Under the pieces are notes generated by a model, which made no database searches, was not told the DNA's origin, and saw only the letters and a list, made by a program, of their open reading frames with translations. The translations under genes and the position numbers were made by a program. 64,000 nt of DNA from Squalus acanthias (taxonomy: Eukaryota): positions 35,652,001-35,716,000 of the forward strand of contig CM059432.1 in the NCBI GenBank assembly GCA_030390025.1, read 5' to 3'. This document shows positions 1 through 12,327 of this stretch, piece by piece (position 1 is the stretch's first letter; each line of letters starts with the position of its first letter).

Positions 1-249
1 GTGGAAATATAACCCTGAATGAGTGGCTACCTTTAAGAGCAAACGGTAGAAAATTGGGGGAGAAAAGGATGCATTAAAAATAAATTAATAATATATTGTC
101 TGTTTATTCTCAGAAGTAATACAGTTCATTATTCGTGAAAGGAATAGATAAACTTGAAGTAACAAGGAAATATTTATTATTGCCTATCCCCAGTTACCCT
201 GAATGGCTTGCTTGGCCTCTACAGAAGGCATTAAGAGCCAAAGGGCACT

Positions 250-2430
250 TAATATTCCTGGCTACAATGTATTCAGGAAAGATGGGGAAGGAGAAAAAGG
301 AGGAGGGTGGCTGTATTGATCAATGATATTGTTACAGCACTAGAAAGGGATGATGTACTTGAAGGTTCAAAGACAACATTTATTTGGTTAGAATTGGGGA
401 ACAATAGCGGAGCTATTATGCTGCTGGGTGTATATTATAGGCCACTAAACAGTGGGAAGGAGATAGAGGAGCGAATTGCAGAAAGATGCAAGAACTTTAT
501 AGTGATGATGGTGGGGGGGGGTCTCCATTATCCTAATATAGACTGGGAAAATAGTGTAAAGGGCAAAGAGGGGGAGAAAGTCCTGAAATGTATACAAGAG
601 AACTTTCTTGATCAGTGTGTTTCCAGCCCAACGAGGAAGGAAGCAGTGCTGGATCTAGTTCTGGGGAATGAAATGGGGCATGTGGAGCAAGTTTCAGTGG
701 GGGAACATTTGGGAAACAGTGATCACAATATCGTTAGGTTTAGAGCAGTTATGTAAAAGGACAAGGAAAAATCAAATGTGAAAATTTTCAACTGGAGGAG
801 GGCTAATTTCAGTGAGCAGATAAAGGATCTGGCTCAGGTGGATTGGAATCTAAGATTGGCAGGTACAACAGTAAGTGGACAATGGGAGGCCTTCAAAGAG
901 GAGATGATTCGGGTACAGACTAGACACATTCACACGAGGGGGAAAGTAAGGACATTCAAAGCTAGAGCTCCCTGGATAACTAATGATGTAGAGACTAAAA
1001 TGAAACAGAAAAAGGAAGCTTATGATAAATGTCGGGTTCATAATTCAGTCGAGAACCATGCTGAATACCAAAAGTACAGGGGAGAACTGAAAAAGGAAAT
1101 AAGAGGGGCAAAGAGAGTATGTGAGAATAGATTAGCGGATAACATAAAAGGGAACCCAAAAGTCATTTATAAAGATATAAATAGTCGAAGGGTGGGGCTG
1201 ATAAGGACAAAAAAGATCATCTTATGGAGACAGAGGGCATGGCTGAGGTACTAAATGAGTACTTTGCATCTGTCTTCATGAAAGAAGAGGATGCCGCCAA
1301 TGACACAGTAAAGGAGGAGGTAGTAGAGAAATTGGATAGGATAAAAATAGATAAAGGGGAGGTACTTAAAAGGTTGGCAGTGCTCAAAGTAGAAAAGTTA
1401 CCTGGCACAGATGGATGCATCCTAGATTGCTGAGGGAAGTAAGGGTAGAAATTGTGGAGGCACTGGTCACAATCTTGATAAAGGAAAATCGTGTTTGACT
1501 AACTTGATTGAGTTCTTTCATGAAGTAACGGAAAGGGTGGTTGAGGGTCATGTGGTTGATATTGTATATGGACTTTCAAAAGGCATTTTAAAAAGTACCA
1601 CATAATAGACTTGTTGGCACGATTGAAGCCCGTGGGATTTAAGGGGCGGTGGCTGCGTGAAAATGAAATTGGCTAAGGGATAGGAAGCAAAGGGTAGTGT
1701 TAAATGGTAATTTTTCCAACTGGAAGGAAGTGTGCCATAGCGTCCCCCAGGGGTAGGTGTTGGGACCATTTCTCTTTTTGAACTATATTAATGACCTGGA
1801 CTTGGGTATACAGGGCATAATTTCAAAGTTTGTGGATAACACGCAACTCGGAAATGCAGTAAACAGTGAGGAGGATAGTAGCATACTTCAAGATGACATA
1901 GACAGACTGGTGAAATGGGCAGATGCGTGGCAGATGAAATTTAACGCAGAGAAGTATGAAGTAATTAATTTTGGTAGGAAGAATGAGGAGAGGCAATTGT
2001 GCAGGAACAGAGTGACCTCTGGCTGTATGTACACAAGTTTTTGAAGGTGACAGAACAAGTTGAGAAGGCTGTTAAAAATGCATATGGAATCCTTGGCTTT
2101 CTAAATGCAGGCAAAACAAGGAAGTTATGCTAAACCTTTACAAAACACTGGTTAGGCCTCAGCTGGAGTATTGTGGCCAATTGTGGGCACCACACTTTAA
2201 GAATGTTTTACACAGTGAGTTGTTATGATCTGGAATACAGTCTGAAAGAGTGGTGGAAGTAGATTCAAGAATAACTTTCAATGGGGAATTGGATAATTAC
2301 TTGAAAAGGAAAAATGTGCTGGGCTATGGGGAAAGAGCAGGGGAGTGGGACTAATTGGATAGCTCTTTCAAAGATCTGGCACAGCCACGATGGGTCGAAT
2401 GACCTCCTTCTGTGCTGTATCATTCTATGA
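250..2430 (+). mobile_element. Degenerate CR1 LINE (endonuclease and RT fragments, 3' tail)
   Basis: ORF pieces GVYYRP, LDLVL, LGNSDH, YINDLD, KFVDN; many frameshifts; CR1-type 3' end with ATTCTATG repeats. Confidence 0.85.
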
Positions 2431-3069
2431 TTCTATGGTTGCCATGCTGGAGGAGGTTACAGAGATAGGGAGGGGGCGAGGCCATGGATGGGTTTGAACA
2501 CAAGTATGAGAATCTTTAAATCGAGGTGATGGTGGACCGGGAACCAATGTAGGCCACTGAGCACAGTGGTGATGGGTTGACATCTTCTGGGTTGCTGTTC
2601 CAATACCATACCACCACACTACCATACTCAAATGGCCACAGGAGTCTCAGATGGTCGTATAAAGTTCACAGCCTTGACCAATTTTGGGAATTCGAAGACA
2701 ATGGTTTCCCCTCCAACACCACCATAGAACAGTGGATCTGCAACAGACTGCCATAGAAGGAATTGATTTGAGGTTAATTGACACCTTTAAAAGGAGGTAC
2801 ATTGATATGTGATGAGAAGGCAATTTCAGGGTTAAAGAATCATTAATGGCACTGTTTTGATTTTTTCTTTCAGGGGAGGTAAGGGAAGGAACAAGTGTTC
2901 CTTGAAATAACGGGTCAACAGTCAACGATGGGGAATGGCAGGGATGGAAGTTCATGATAACTTCATACATAGACTCTATATGGAGCAGGCTTGTTGGGCT
3001 GACTAGCCTATTCTTGCACTGGACTTTACTATCTACTTATTTCTGTTCTAACTATCAATTTTTTTCTAG

Positions 3070-3801
3070 CTTTTCCATCTGATTTACTCCCAGCAAGATA
3101 TTGTTCGTCAATTGGCAAAACAGGCTGGATGGCAGGACAACTTGACCAAACTCTACGTCAAAGAGTCATACGAATCTCGAGAGGCCAGTCTGTCGAGCTC
3201 GTTCAATAGCTACTCCATAGACTTAATTAAGAACTCTGATCAGAGCCAAGACCTCATCTCGGAACAAGGCAAAGAGCTGATAAATCGCATGAATAGCCAA
3301 TCAGACTTCCAGGACTCTGAGGTCTTTCTCCCCTTCAACATGGATCTCAACGAAGACATGTCAGAAGGGCATTCTGATCTTTCCATGTCACCTAGCTTCC
3401 CGTCCAGCAAGATGAAGTCCTACGACTCCTTGAACTTCAAGTCATTCGACTCCTTGGACCGCACTAGCCACTCCTCCACCAATACGATAGACATCCCAGG
3501 CTCAAGTGAAGCCATCCCCTGCGACATCTCCGAAGATGCTTTCTACCAGCCCCAGTCGCCTTTCACACTCCCATCCTTTGATCTGGGAATGGAAATGGGG
3601 AGCGCCAGTTCCTTTACCACCATGGAGAGTGGAAATCTGACTCCAGTCAGCACATCTGAAACGCCATCTCCTATGGAGAATTTCAAACCCTTCCCAGGGA
3701 TGCGTACATGGAAAAGTTCCAGTCTCTCTAATGTCCTGGATGACAGCAGCTACCAGGAGAATCTCCCCAGTGACGATGCTTCCAATACCAGCAACCCACA
3801 G
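3070..3801 (+). CDS. NBEAL2: NBEAL2 internal exon 1 of 25 in window (LFHLIYSQQDIVRQLAKQAGWQD..., Ser-rich region)
   Basis: ttttctAG acceptor, GTATCT donor, 732 nt, phase 0-0; LFHLIY..LAKQAGWQD.LTKLY and SSSLSNVLDD motifs resemble NBEAL2 more than NBEAL1. Confidence 0.9.
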
Positions 3802-3829
3802 GTATCTGTTATAACATTTCTGTATTCGT

Positions 3830-4180
3830 CACGTTGCATTCAGTTCTGGGCACTTCACCTCAGAAAGGATATATTGGCCCAGAGTGGGTACAGTGCATAT
3901 TTACCAAAATGATGAGGACATCTAAGCCACTTTGGAGGGAAATTAGGAAGCACTTTTTCCACACATAGGGTAGTAGAAATCTGGAATTCTCTGCCCCAAA
4001 AGACAGTGGATGCTGGGGGACAAGTGAAATTTTTAAGACTGAGAGGGGTAGATTTTTGTTGGGTAACGGTGTTAAGGGATATGGAGCAAAGACGGGTCAC
4101 TAGAGTTGAGGTAGAGATCAGCCAAGATCTAATTGAATGATGGAACAGGCTTGAGGGGCTGAATGACCTACTCATGTTCC
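3830..4180 (+). mobile_element. CR1 LINE 3' fragment
   Basis: CIQFWA..RKDIL motif and CR1 3' UTR. Confidence 0.75.
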
Positions 4181-4392
4181 TGTGTCCAAGATGAGGAATT
4201 TCCATGCTGGGGAACTAAACACTTTTCCACTTTTGACACCTGTTGTCAGCATCCCAGGCAGGCTATAGCGCAGCACAAACTCAGAGTAAATCTCCTTGTC
4301 CACTACTCTACAACTATGAAAGGTCAGAATCAAGCTTGCACTTGGAAAGCAGATGTTCACCCAATGTGACCCTGAGGCAATTTTGACTGACT

Positions 4393-5243
4393 TTTACTCT
4401 GTATCTAACCCGTGCTGTACCTGCTCTGGGAGTGTTTAATGGGACAGTGTAGAGGGAGCTTTACTCTGTATCTAACCCGTGCTGTACCTGCCCTGGGAGT
4501 GTTTAATGGGACAGTGTAGAGGGAGCTTTACTCTGTATCTAACCCGTGCTGTACCTGCTCTGGGAGTGTTTAATGGGACAGTGTAGAGGGAGCTTTACTC
4601 TGTATCTAACCCGTGCTGTACCTGCTCTGGAAGTGTTTAATGGGAGTGTAGAGGGAGCTTTACTCTGTATCTAACCCGTGCTGTACCTGCTCTGGAAGTG
4701 TTTAATGGGAGTGTAGAGGGAGCTTTACTCTGTATCTAACCCGTGCTGTACCTGCTCTGGAAGTGTTTAATGGGAGTGTAGAGGGAGCTTTATTCTGTAT
4801 CTAACCCATGCTGTACCTGCTCTGGGAGTGTTTAATGGGACAGTGTAGAGGGAGCTTTACTCTGTATCTAACCCGTGCTGTACCTGCTCTGGGAGTGTTT
4901 AATGGGACAGTGTAGAGGGAGCTTTACTCTGTATCTAACCCGTGCTGTACCTGCCCTGGGAGTGTTTAATGGGACAGTGTAGAGGGAGCTTTACTCTGTA
5001 TCTAACCCGTGCTGTACCTGCCCTGGGAGTGTTTAATGGGACAGTGTAGAGGGAGCTTTACTCTGTATCTAACCCGTGCTGTACCTGCTCTGGGAGTGTT
5101 TAATGGGACAGTGTAGAGGGAGCTTTACTCTGTATCTAACCCGTGCTGTACCTGCCCTGGGAGTGTTTGATGGGACAGTGTAGAGGGAGCTTTACTCTGT
5201 ATCTAACCTGTGCTGTACCTGCTCTGGAAGTGTTTGATGGGAC
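4393..5243 (+). repeat. 67-bp minisatellite, about 12-13 copies (three 64-bp variants)
   Basis: Unit AGGGAGCTTTACTCTGTATCTAACCCGTGCTGTACCTGCYCTGGGAGTGTTTAATGGGACAGTGTAG; GGGAC recurs at 4441 and 4508. Confidence 0.95.
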
Positions 5244-6029
5244 AACATTAATCATCCTTTTGTCTCTAAAAAAAAGATCTGAATACAAAGTCTTCTAGAA
5301 GCTGATTGAAAAATAGGAAAAGGCATAGGAGAATTGAAATTATATTTAACACTGAACTTTGATCGGTTTATGAAGTCTGTAAGTTCTCTTTTCACAGCCT
5401 CTGTCATGTTCCTGACCATTTTAAATGAGACTTAGGGTGATCTTGGAAGCCAAAGTTTGAACCCCACTTTTGAATGATGCCCCGTGAAGTAATCAGTTTG
5501 TTGTTTCCCTCAACTTCCTCACCTCTTCTCCGAAAGGTGGAAGCTCACATTGGGGCACAGTTCCATGGTGGTCCTTCAGTACTTCACCCATGAGACCAAC
5601 TGTGAATCTTGTCATTCAACCTGGGCGAGAGGGTATATTGAAGTTGAGGCAAATCTAGTCCTCACCCAATATCTATGTGCATTCACTTTTCAGCATAACT
5701 CAATCCATCAGTCGGATCAGTCACTTGACAACATAGGAATGTATAGGGTGGCTGCAGTCCATCTAGTCAATGTTAAAGTCCTGAGCATATCTTTTCAATG
5801 CCCTCCATAAATATATCTTCAGCTACAATACCTCATATATCACATGCAAACCACAATGCTCCCATTCTCGTGTCTCTTCTCTGTCCACCTAGAGCCCTCG
5901 AATGTTTCCTGTGTGTCTGGTGATCAAAACTGGACATAGCACTCAAGGTTCCAGTCTGATCAGCATATATTTGTCAGGTAATGCAATATCTGAGGGACTG
6001 AAGAGAGTTCTGGGTAAAGTACCTTCAGG

Positions 6030-6630
6030 TAAGAAGGGAACTTTACCCCATCTCCTCTTCATTGCAAAGGCTTCCACCTCTGTATCATCGCACGCTACCT
6101 CCCCTGCCTCAGCCCTTCTGCTGCTGAAACCCTCATCCATGTTTTTGTCACCTCCAGAATCGACTGTTTCACTGCTCTCCTGGCCGACCATCTGTTCACC
6201 ATCCTCTGAAAACTTCAGCTCATCCAAAACTCTTTTGCCTGTATCCTGTCCTACACCAAGTGCCACCCATCGATCAACCCTGTCTTTGATGACCTACATT
6301 GGCTCCCAGTCCCCCAAAGCTTCATCCTTGTGTTTAAGTCACTTCATGACTTCACCCCTTCTATCTCTGTAACCACATCCAGCCCTACAACTATCCCCAC
6401 TTCCTTTACCTCGCCATTGGCAGCCTTCTACGGCCCACGCTCTGGAATCATCTCTTCAGCTCCTTCTCTTTTAAGTCCATCCTTAAAACCCTCTTTGACC
6501 AAGATTTTGATCATTTCTCCTAACATCTCCTCCTTTGGCTCGGTGTCTGTTTTTTGATTGTTCCTCTGTGAAGCTCTTTGGGTCGTTTTTGTACATCAAA
6601 GACGTTCTATAAATTGTAGTTGTTGTTGTT
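6030..6630 (+). mobile_element. L2 LINE 3' fragment
   Basis: Homologous to 15480-15960 and 20275-21070; (GTT)n tail. Confidence 0.7.
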
Positions 6631-6708
6631 GCTGTTGTTGTAGTTGCAGTAGTATGGATCTGGAGGATTCCTGAAATGATCTCGGCCATGTTGTTTTTTC
6701 TTTCCCAG

Positions 6709-6887
6709 CAAACACCAGAAGAGGAACTTTGCAACTTGCTGACGAACATCATCTTCTCCGTAACATGGCGAGGGGTAGAGGGCTGTGAGGATGCAGCGTG
6801 GAAAGAGCGAGGGCAGATCTTTTCTGTCCTGACCAAACTTGGGACAGCCTGCGAGCTAGTGCGCCCACCCGATGAAATCAAAAGAAG
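6709..6887 (+). CDS. NBEAL2: NBEAL2 exon 2 (QTPEEELCNLLTNIIFSVTWRGVEG...PPDEIKR)
   Basis: cccAG acceptor, GTCGGT donor, phase 0-2; conserved EELCNLLTN..WRGVEG..AWKERGQ. Confidence 0.92.
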
Positions 6888-7538
6888 GTCGGTGTCACAT
6901 CTGAATACTTTCTTTAGATGGCGTGGGCCCTCTCTTCTTCGCTCATCCCCTCCTCCCCAAACCCAACCGCCAACCCAAAAGAAAACATTGTTTAAAAAAA
7001 AAGCACACTCCTTATTAGAAGTGAAATTCTTCTCGTCCTTGATTGTTTTGTGAACGTTCGGCTTGAGTAAACTGGGAATGTTTCCACTGGAAAAAAAAAT
7101 GTTACGGGAAAATGTTTTTCAATTGTTGGAGATTCCAAGGGATCGAGCTAAATTGAACATTAATAATCACAATCTCTACAGCAAGGGGCCACAGAAGGGG
7201 ACCGAACAGTTTAGATTTAATGGGGTCGGTTTTGAGTGCCCTCACCTCAAAATGGGGTCAGTAACCTTACTTGCCCGATAACACTGACGATGTAGCTGGC
7301 TCCATTTTGAAAGAGGCCTACTGCCGGGTGTCCAAAGTGCCCACCTGTTTAATATGGAAATCGGGGACCCCGATTGCCATTTTAGGTAGGAACTGGTCGG
7401 GCCCCGCAAAAAACATTCAATTATTTTTCTGGGCCCCGGAGGAGCAGGAATGTTCCTCCTGGGCCCACAGATATAATCTGGGCTGCTGCTGCTGCTCCAG
7501 GACCCACAGCCTCCGTGATTGCGAACGCCCCTCCCCCC

Positions 7539-7569
<31 letters not shown>

Positions 7570-8545
7570 ACTCCAGCAACTTACCTTGCTGGCGGCAGCT
7601 TTGCCCAATTTTCAGGCTGACATCTAATGAGCTGCATCAAGATGTCTGTTTGGCACCCTGAATGAGGTGCCAAAATGGCAGGGGCTTCTTTGCTGCTGAA
7701 ACGGGATGCCAGCTCACGCGCTCCGCCAGTCAGCTACCAAAAAGTCAGTATCTATCCCAATCACTTTGCATCGAGGGTCCTGACTATATGGAACCTCCTG
7801 CCCAGGGAGGCAGGAGAAATAAATAGTGTTACAAATGTAAGAAGGAATTGGATAGATACTTAGCAGAGAAAGTGATTGAGGGGCATGAGACTTACCCCTA
7901 CATTTTCCATCACGTTCCACCTGATCTTATGGCAGCAACTGAGTGGGAAAATTCAAATCACACTTTTGCCAATTTTCCAATCCAGATCCTGCCCAAGTTT
8001 AAATACTAGGGTGTAGACTAGTGTATGAACTTTGGAGCCAGGTGACTGCGCATTAAGGATCCCTTCAGTCCTGTACATTTCTACTTTTCAATACACAAGA
8101 TCGGATTTCCATTTGGTATTCACACCAACCTTTTCTCTAGAATTATCAGCAAGGCAATTCCGATGCTTATATTGCTGAAACAAATACATCAGGTTTTGTG
8201 CTAGCTTGGCTCAGTTCCTGGCACATTTGTCTCTGGGTCAGTAGATTGTACAAGCCTCATCTCAGGAATTTGAGCTCATCATTAAGCTAACACTTTTGTG
8301 CAATGCTGAGGGAGTGCAGCACTGTTACAGGTGCCATCTCGTTAAACAGAGGTCCCCTGCCTGCCCAAGTGGGGATTCAAGAATACCATTTGAATAAGGG
8401 CAGATAATTCTGCCAGGGTCCTGGTCATTCTTACTCCTTCTACCAACAGTATCAAGGAACAGGTCCGTCGTCTCTCCCACCTACAGGCACAGCTAATGCT
8501 CCCATCTTACAGCTTTACTCTGCATCGAACCCGTGCTATACCTGC

Positions 8546-8754
8546 TGACGTAAGAAAACTACTAGGCACTTGGTCTAAGCTTTAAACAAAGCTTTAATCA
8601 ACTGTTTTTCAACATGGAGATCTAGTTGTGTCCTTCACTAGTTTCTGTTGTGGAATGTCCTAAGCAAGCTGGGCCCATGCCTGAGTATTTATACTCTCCT
8701 TGGCTAGCGCCACCAGCAGGCCGCCCAGTATTACTTCATATAAGATTCATGTCA
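8546..8754 (-). mobile_element. Solo LTR of a related, divergent Gypsy family inserted in a 67-bp repeat unit
   Basis: TG...CA ends, CCTGC TSD (8541-8545, 8755-8759); shares the TG(A/T)CGTAAGAA terminus, AAGCTTTAATCAACT and AGTATTTAT with the 194-bp LTR. Confidence 0.85.
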
Positions 8755-9235
8755 CCTGCCCTGGGAGTGTTTGATGAGACAGTGTACAGCAAGCTTTACT
8801 TTGTATCGAACCCATGCTATACGTGCCCTGGGAGTGTTTGATGGGACAGTATACAGCAAGCTTTACTCTGTATCTAACCCGTGCTATACCAGCCCTGGGA
8901 GTGTTTGATGGGACAGTGTAGAGGGAGCTTTACTCTGTATCTAACCCGTGCTATACCTGCCCTGGGAGTGTTTGATGGGACAGTGTAGAGGGAGCTTTAC
9001 TCTGTATCTAACCTGTGCAGAACCTGCCCTGGAGGGTTTGATGGGACAGTGTAGAGGGAGCTTTACTCTGTATCTAACCTGTGCAGCACCTGCCCTGGAG
9101 TGTTTAGAGAAACATAGAAACATAGAGACTAGGAGCAGGAGTAGGCCATTCGGCCCATCGAGCCTGCTCCACCATTCAATACGATCATGGCTGATCATCC
9201 AAATCCAGTACCCTGTCCCTGCTTTCTCACACAGA

Positions 9236-9553
9236 ATCCCCATCGAGCCTGCACCGACACATATCCCACCCTATCCCCGTAACCCCACATATTTAATTCC
9301 CCCTAACATATCCCATCCTATCCCCGTAACCCCACATATTTAATCCCCCCCTAACACTAAGGGTCAATTTATCATAGCCAAATCAACCTAACCCGCACAT
9401 TTTTGGACTGTGGGAGGAAACCGGAGCACCCGGAGGAAACCCACGCAGACACGGGGAGAATGTGCAAACTCCACACAGACAGTCACCCGAGGCCAGATTC
9501 GAACCCGGGTCCCTGGCGCTGTGAGGCACCAGTGCTAACCACTATGCCACCGT
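9236..9553 (-). mobile_element. HE1-like V-SINE (tRNA-derived)
   Basis: Minus-strand A box TGGCATAGTGG, B box GGTTCGAATC, V-domain GTGTGGAGTTTGCACATTCTCCCCGTGTCTGCGTGGGTTTCCTCCGGG. Confidence 0.85.
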
Positions 9554-9984
9554 GATGGGACAGTGTAGAGGGAGCTTTATTCTGTATCTAACCTGTGCAG
9601 CACCTGCCCTGGAGTGTTTGATGGGACAGTGTAGAGGGAGCTTTACTCTGTATCTAACCTGTGCAGCACCTGCCCTGGGAGTGTTTGATGGGACAGTGGA
9701 TGCCTGAAATGGAGAGCATTCCATTCGAAACACTTGCCTCAATGAGCAAAATAAATTGTTGCAAATCTGAAATAACAATAGAGCTGGTATTGAAAGGCAA
9801 GACTGGCCACTACATTGAGAAAAGGGGAGAACAGCAGAGGATGGTCACAAGTTAAAATGACTACATATTAGCACAGGGAAGCAGCTTAAAACTTTTCCTT
9901 AAAAGAAAGGTGGGAATTGCTGAGTAATGTATGAAGGCCATCTCGGTCAGGCTATTAGTAGATGTGAGAAACACAAAAAAAAAT

Positions 9985-10426
9985 GAAAGAACTTGCATTT
10001 ATATAGCGCCTTTAACGACCTTAGGACGTTCCAAAGCACTTTGCAGCCAAGGAAATACTTTTGAAGTGTAGTCGCTGTTGTAATGTAGGGAAACGCGGCA
10101 GCCAATTTGCAAAAAGCAAGATCCCACAAACAACACTGAGATAATGATCTGATAATCTTTTAGTGATGTTGGTTGAGGGATAAATATTGGCCAGGACACT
10201 GGGAGAACTCCCTTGCTTTTCTTGGAATAGTGACATATCTTTTACATCCATCTGAGAGGGCAGATGGAGCCTCAGTTTAATGTCTCATCCAAATGGCGGC
10301 ACCACTGACAGTGAAGGACTCCCTCAGTACTGCACTGTATCAGCCTGGATTATGTGCTCAAGTCTCTGGAGTGAGGCTTTTGAACCATGACGATGCTAGA
10401 GTGCACCCACTGAGCCAAGGCTGACA
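9985..10426 (-). mobile_element. Deu-domain SINE (SacSINE1/AmnSINE-like)
   Basis: GCAGTACTGAGGGAGT core and GGCGCTATATAAATGCAAG tail on the minus strand. Confidence 0.75.
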
Positions 10427-10459
10427 CTTTGTGCTTAAAGCAACTCCAAAATGGAAAGA

Positions 10460-11820
10460 AATGAAATCCATTGTTAAGGAAGTGGTATCAAGTCACTTAG
10501 AAAATCATAACATGATTAGGCAGAGTCAGCATGGTTTTATGAAAGGGAAATTGTGTTTGACAAATTTATTAGAGTTCTTTGAGGATGTAACTAGCAGGGT
10601 AGATAAAGGGGAACCAGTGGATGTAGTATATTTGGATTTCCAAAAGGCATTCGATAAGGTGCCACATAAAAGGTTATTACACAAGATTAGGGATCATGGG
10701 GTTGGGGGTAATATAGTAGCATGGATAGAGGATTGGTTAACGGACAGAAAACAGAGAGTAAGGATAAACGGATCTTTTTCAGGTTGGCAGGCTGTAACTA
10801 GTGGGGTGCCGCAAGGGTCAGTGTTGGGGCCTCAGCTATTTACAATCTATATTAATGACCTAGATGAAGGGACCGAGTGTAATGTATCCAAGTTTGCTGA
10901 TGATACAAAGCTAGGTGGGACAGTAAGCTGTGAGGAGAACACAAAGAGTCTGCAAAGGGATATAGATAGACTAAGTGAGTGGGCAGTAAGGTGGCAGATG
11001 GAGTATAATGTAGGGAAATGGGAGGTTATTCACTTTGGTAGGAAGAATAGAAAAACAGAATTTATTTTAAATGGTGAGAAACTTTCAAATGTTGGTGTTC
11101 AGAGGGATTTGGGTGTTCTCGTGCAAGAAACACAGAAAGCTAGCATGCAGGTACAGCAAGCAATAAGGAAGGCAAATGGCATCTTGGCCTTTATTGCAAG
11201 GGGGTTGGAGTATAAGAGTAAGGAAGTCTTGCTACAATTGTACAGGGCCTTGGTGAGACCACACCTGGAGTACTGTGCACAGTGTTGGTCTCCTTATCAA
11301 AGGAAGGATATACTTGCCTTGGAGGCGGTGCAACGAAGGTTCACTAGATTGATTCCTGGGATGAGAGGGCTGTCCTATGATGAGAGATTGTGTAGAATGG
11401 GCCTATACTCTCTGGAGTTTAGAAGAATGAGAGGTGATCTCATTGAAACATACAAGATTCTGAAGGGGATTGACAGGGTAGATGCTGAGAGGTTGTTTCC
11501 TCTGGCTAGAGTGTCTAGAACTATGGGGCATTGTCTCAGGATACGGGGTCGGCCATTTAAGACCGAGATGAGGAGGAATTTCTTCACTCAGATAGTTGTG
11601 AATCTTTGGAATTCTCTGTCCCAGAGGGCTGTGAATGCTGAGTCTTTGAGTATATTCAAGGCTGAGATAAATAGATTTTTGGACTTCATGGGAATCAAGG
11701 GATATGGAGATCGGGTGGGAAAGTGGAGTTGAGGTTGATGATCAACCATGATCTTATTGAATGGCGAAGCAGGCTCGAGGGGCTGTATGGCCTACTCCTG
11801 CTCTTATTTCTTATGTTCTT
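10460..11820 (+). mobile_element. Young 5'-truncated CR1 LINE with open RT/C-terminal frame
   Basis: 433-aa ORF 10431-11732 with [40 protein letters not shown] tail. Confidence 0.93.
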
Positions 11821-11959
11821 ATATTTGTAAATAAAGTGGAATATGAATGGTAGGAAGTGGCAAGAAAATAGAAGGGACGGTTTCTGAAGTCAGTCATCAA
11901 AGCGGAGGGCTGCTGGTTAGATTTTGTTGAGTGTGTAACATTTTCTGTCTGAATTACAG

Positions 11960-12119
11960 CCTATTGGAGATGATGCTGGAGTCCGCATTCTCTGACATTA
12001 AGGACTCCACGAGCACTGCGCTAACGAGCCACATCCAAAACATCCTGAAGCTGCTCCGACTGCTTCAGGACTTTCTCTTTTCAGAAGGGCAGAACAATCA
12101 AGTGCTATGGAGTGAGAAG
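11960..12119 (+). CDS. NBEAL2: NBEAL2 exon 3 (SLLEMMLESAFSDIK...LWSEK)
   Basis: tacAG / GTAAGC, phase 2-0, in frame with both neighbours. Confidence 0.9.
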
Positions 12120-12327
12120 GTAAGCACCAGGCGGGGCGGAATCAGCATCACCAAAATCAGACTGTGGAACTGAGAAACGAGTTCACTGGTGAGGAAGTAC
12201 ACTGTATGGTGGAGTTACTGAGCCTCACAGGCCAGAACGTCCCAAGTTTCATCACTAGTCTGTGCTGAGTCAATTCATTTCAGCAGGATGGAATATCAGT
12301 TGGAATGCTATAATTACCATCGCTCAA

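Larger units (their letters stand above)
8512..9697 (+). repeat. Second array of the 67-bp unit, interrupted by a solo LTR and a SINE/CR1 insertion
   Basis: Same unit as 4393-5243. Confidence 0.9.

Noticed and set aside
4393..5243. CRISPR-like array
   Set aside because: Head-to-tail tandem units with no unique spacers, in a vertebrate intron; a minisatellite
7242..7627. Poly-Gly/poly-Pro ORFs
   Set aside because: Produced by a poly-C run near 7531-7568; no splice or homology support
10431..11732. 433-aa ORF as a host or domesticated gene
   Set aside because: 5'-truncated CR1 ORF2 with near-identical copies elsewhere in the window
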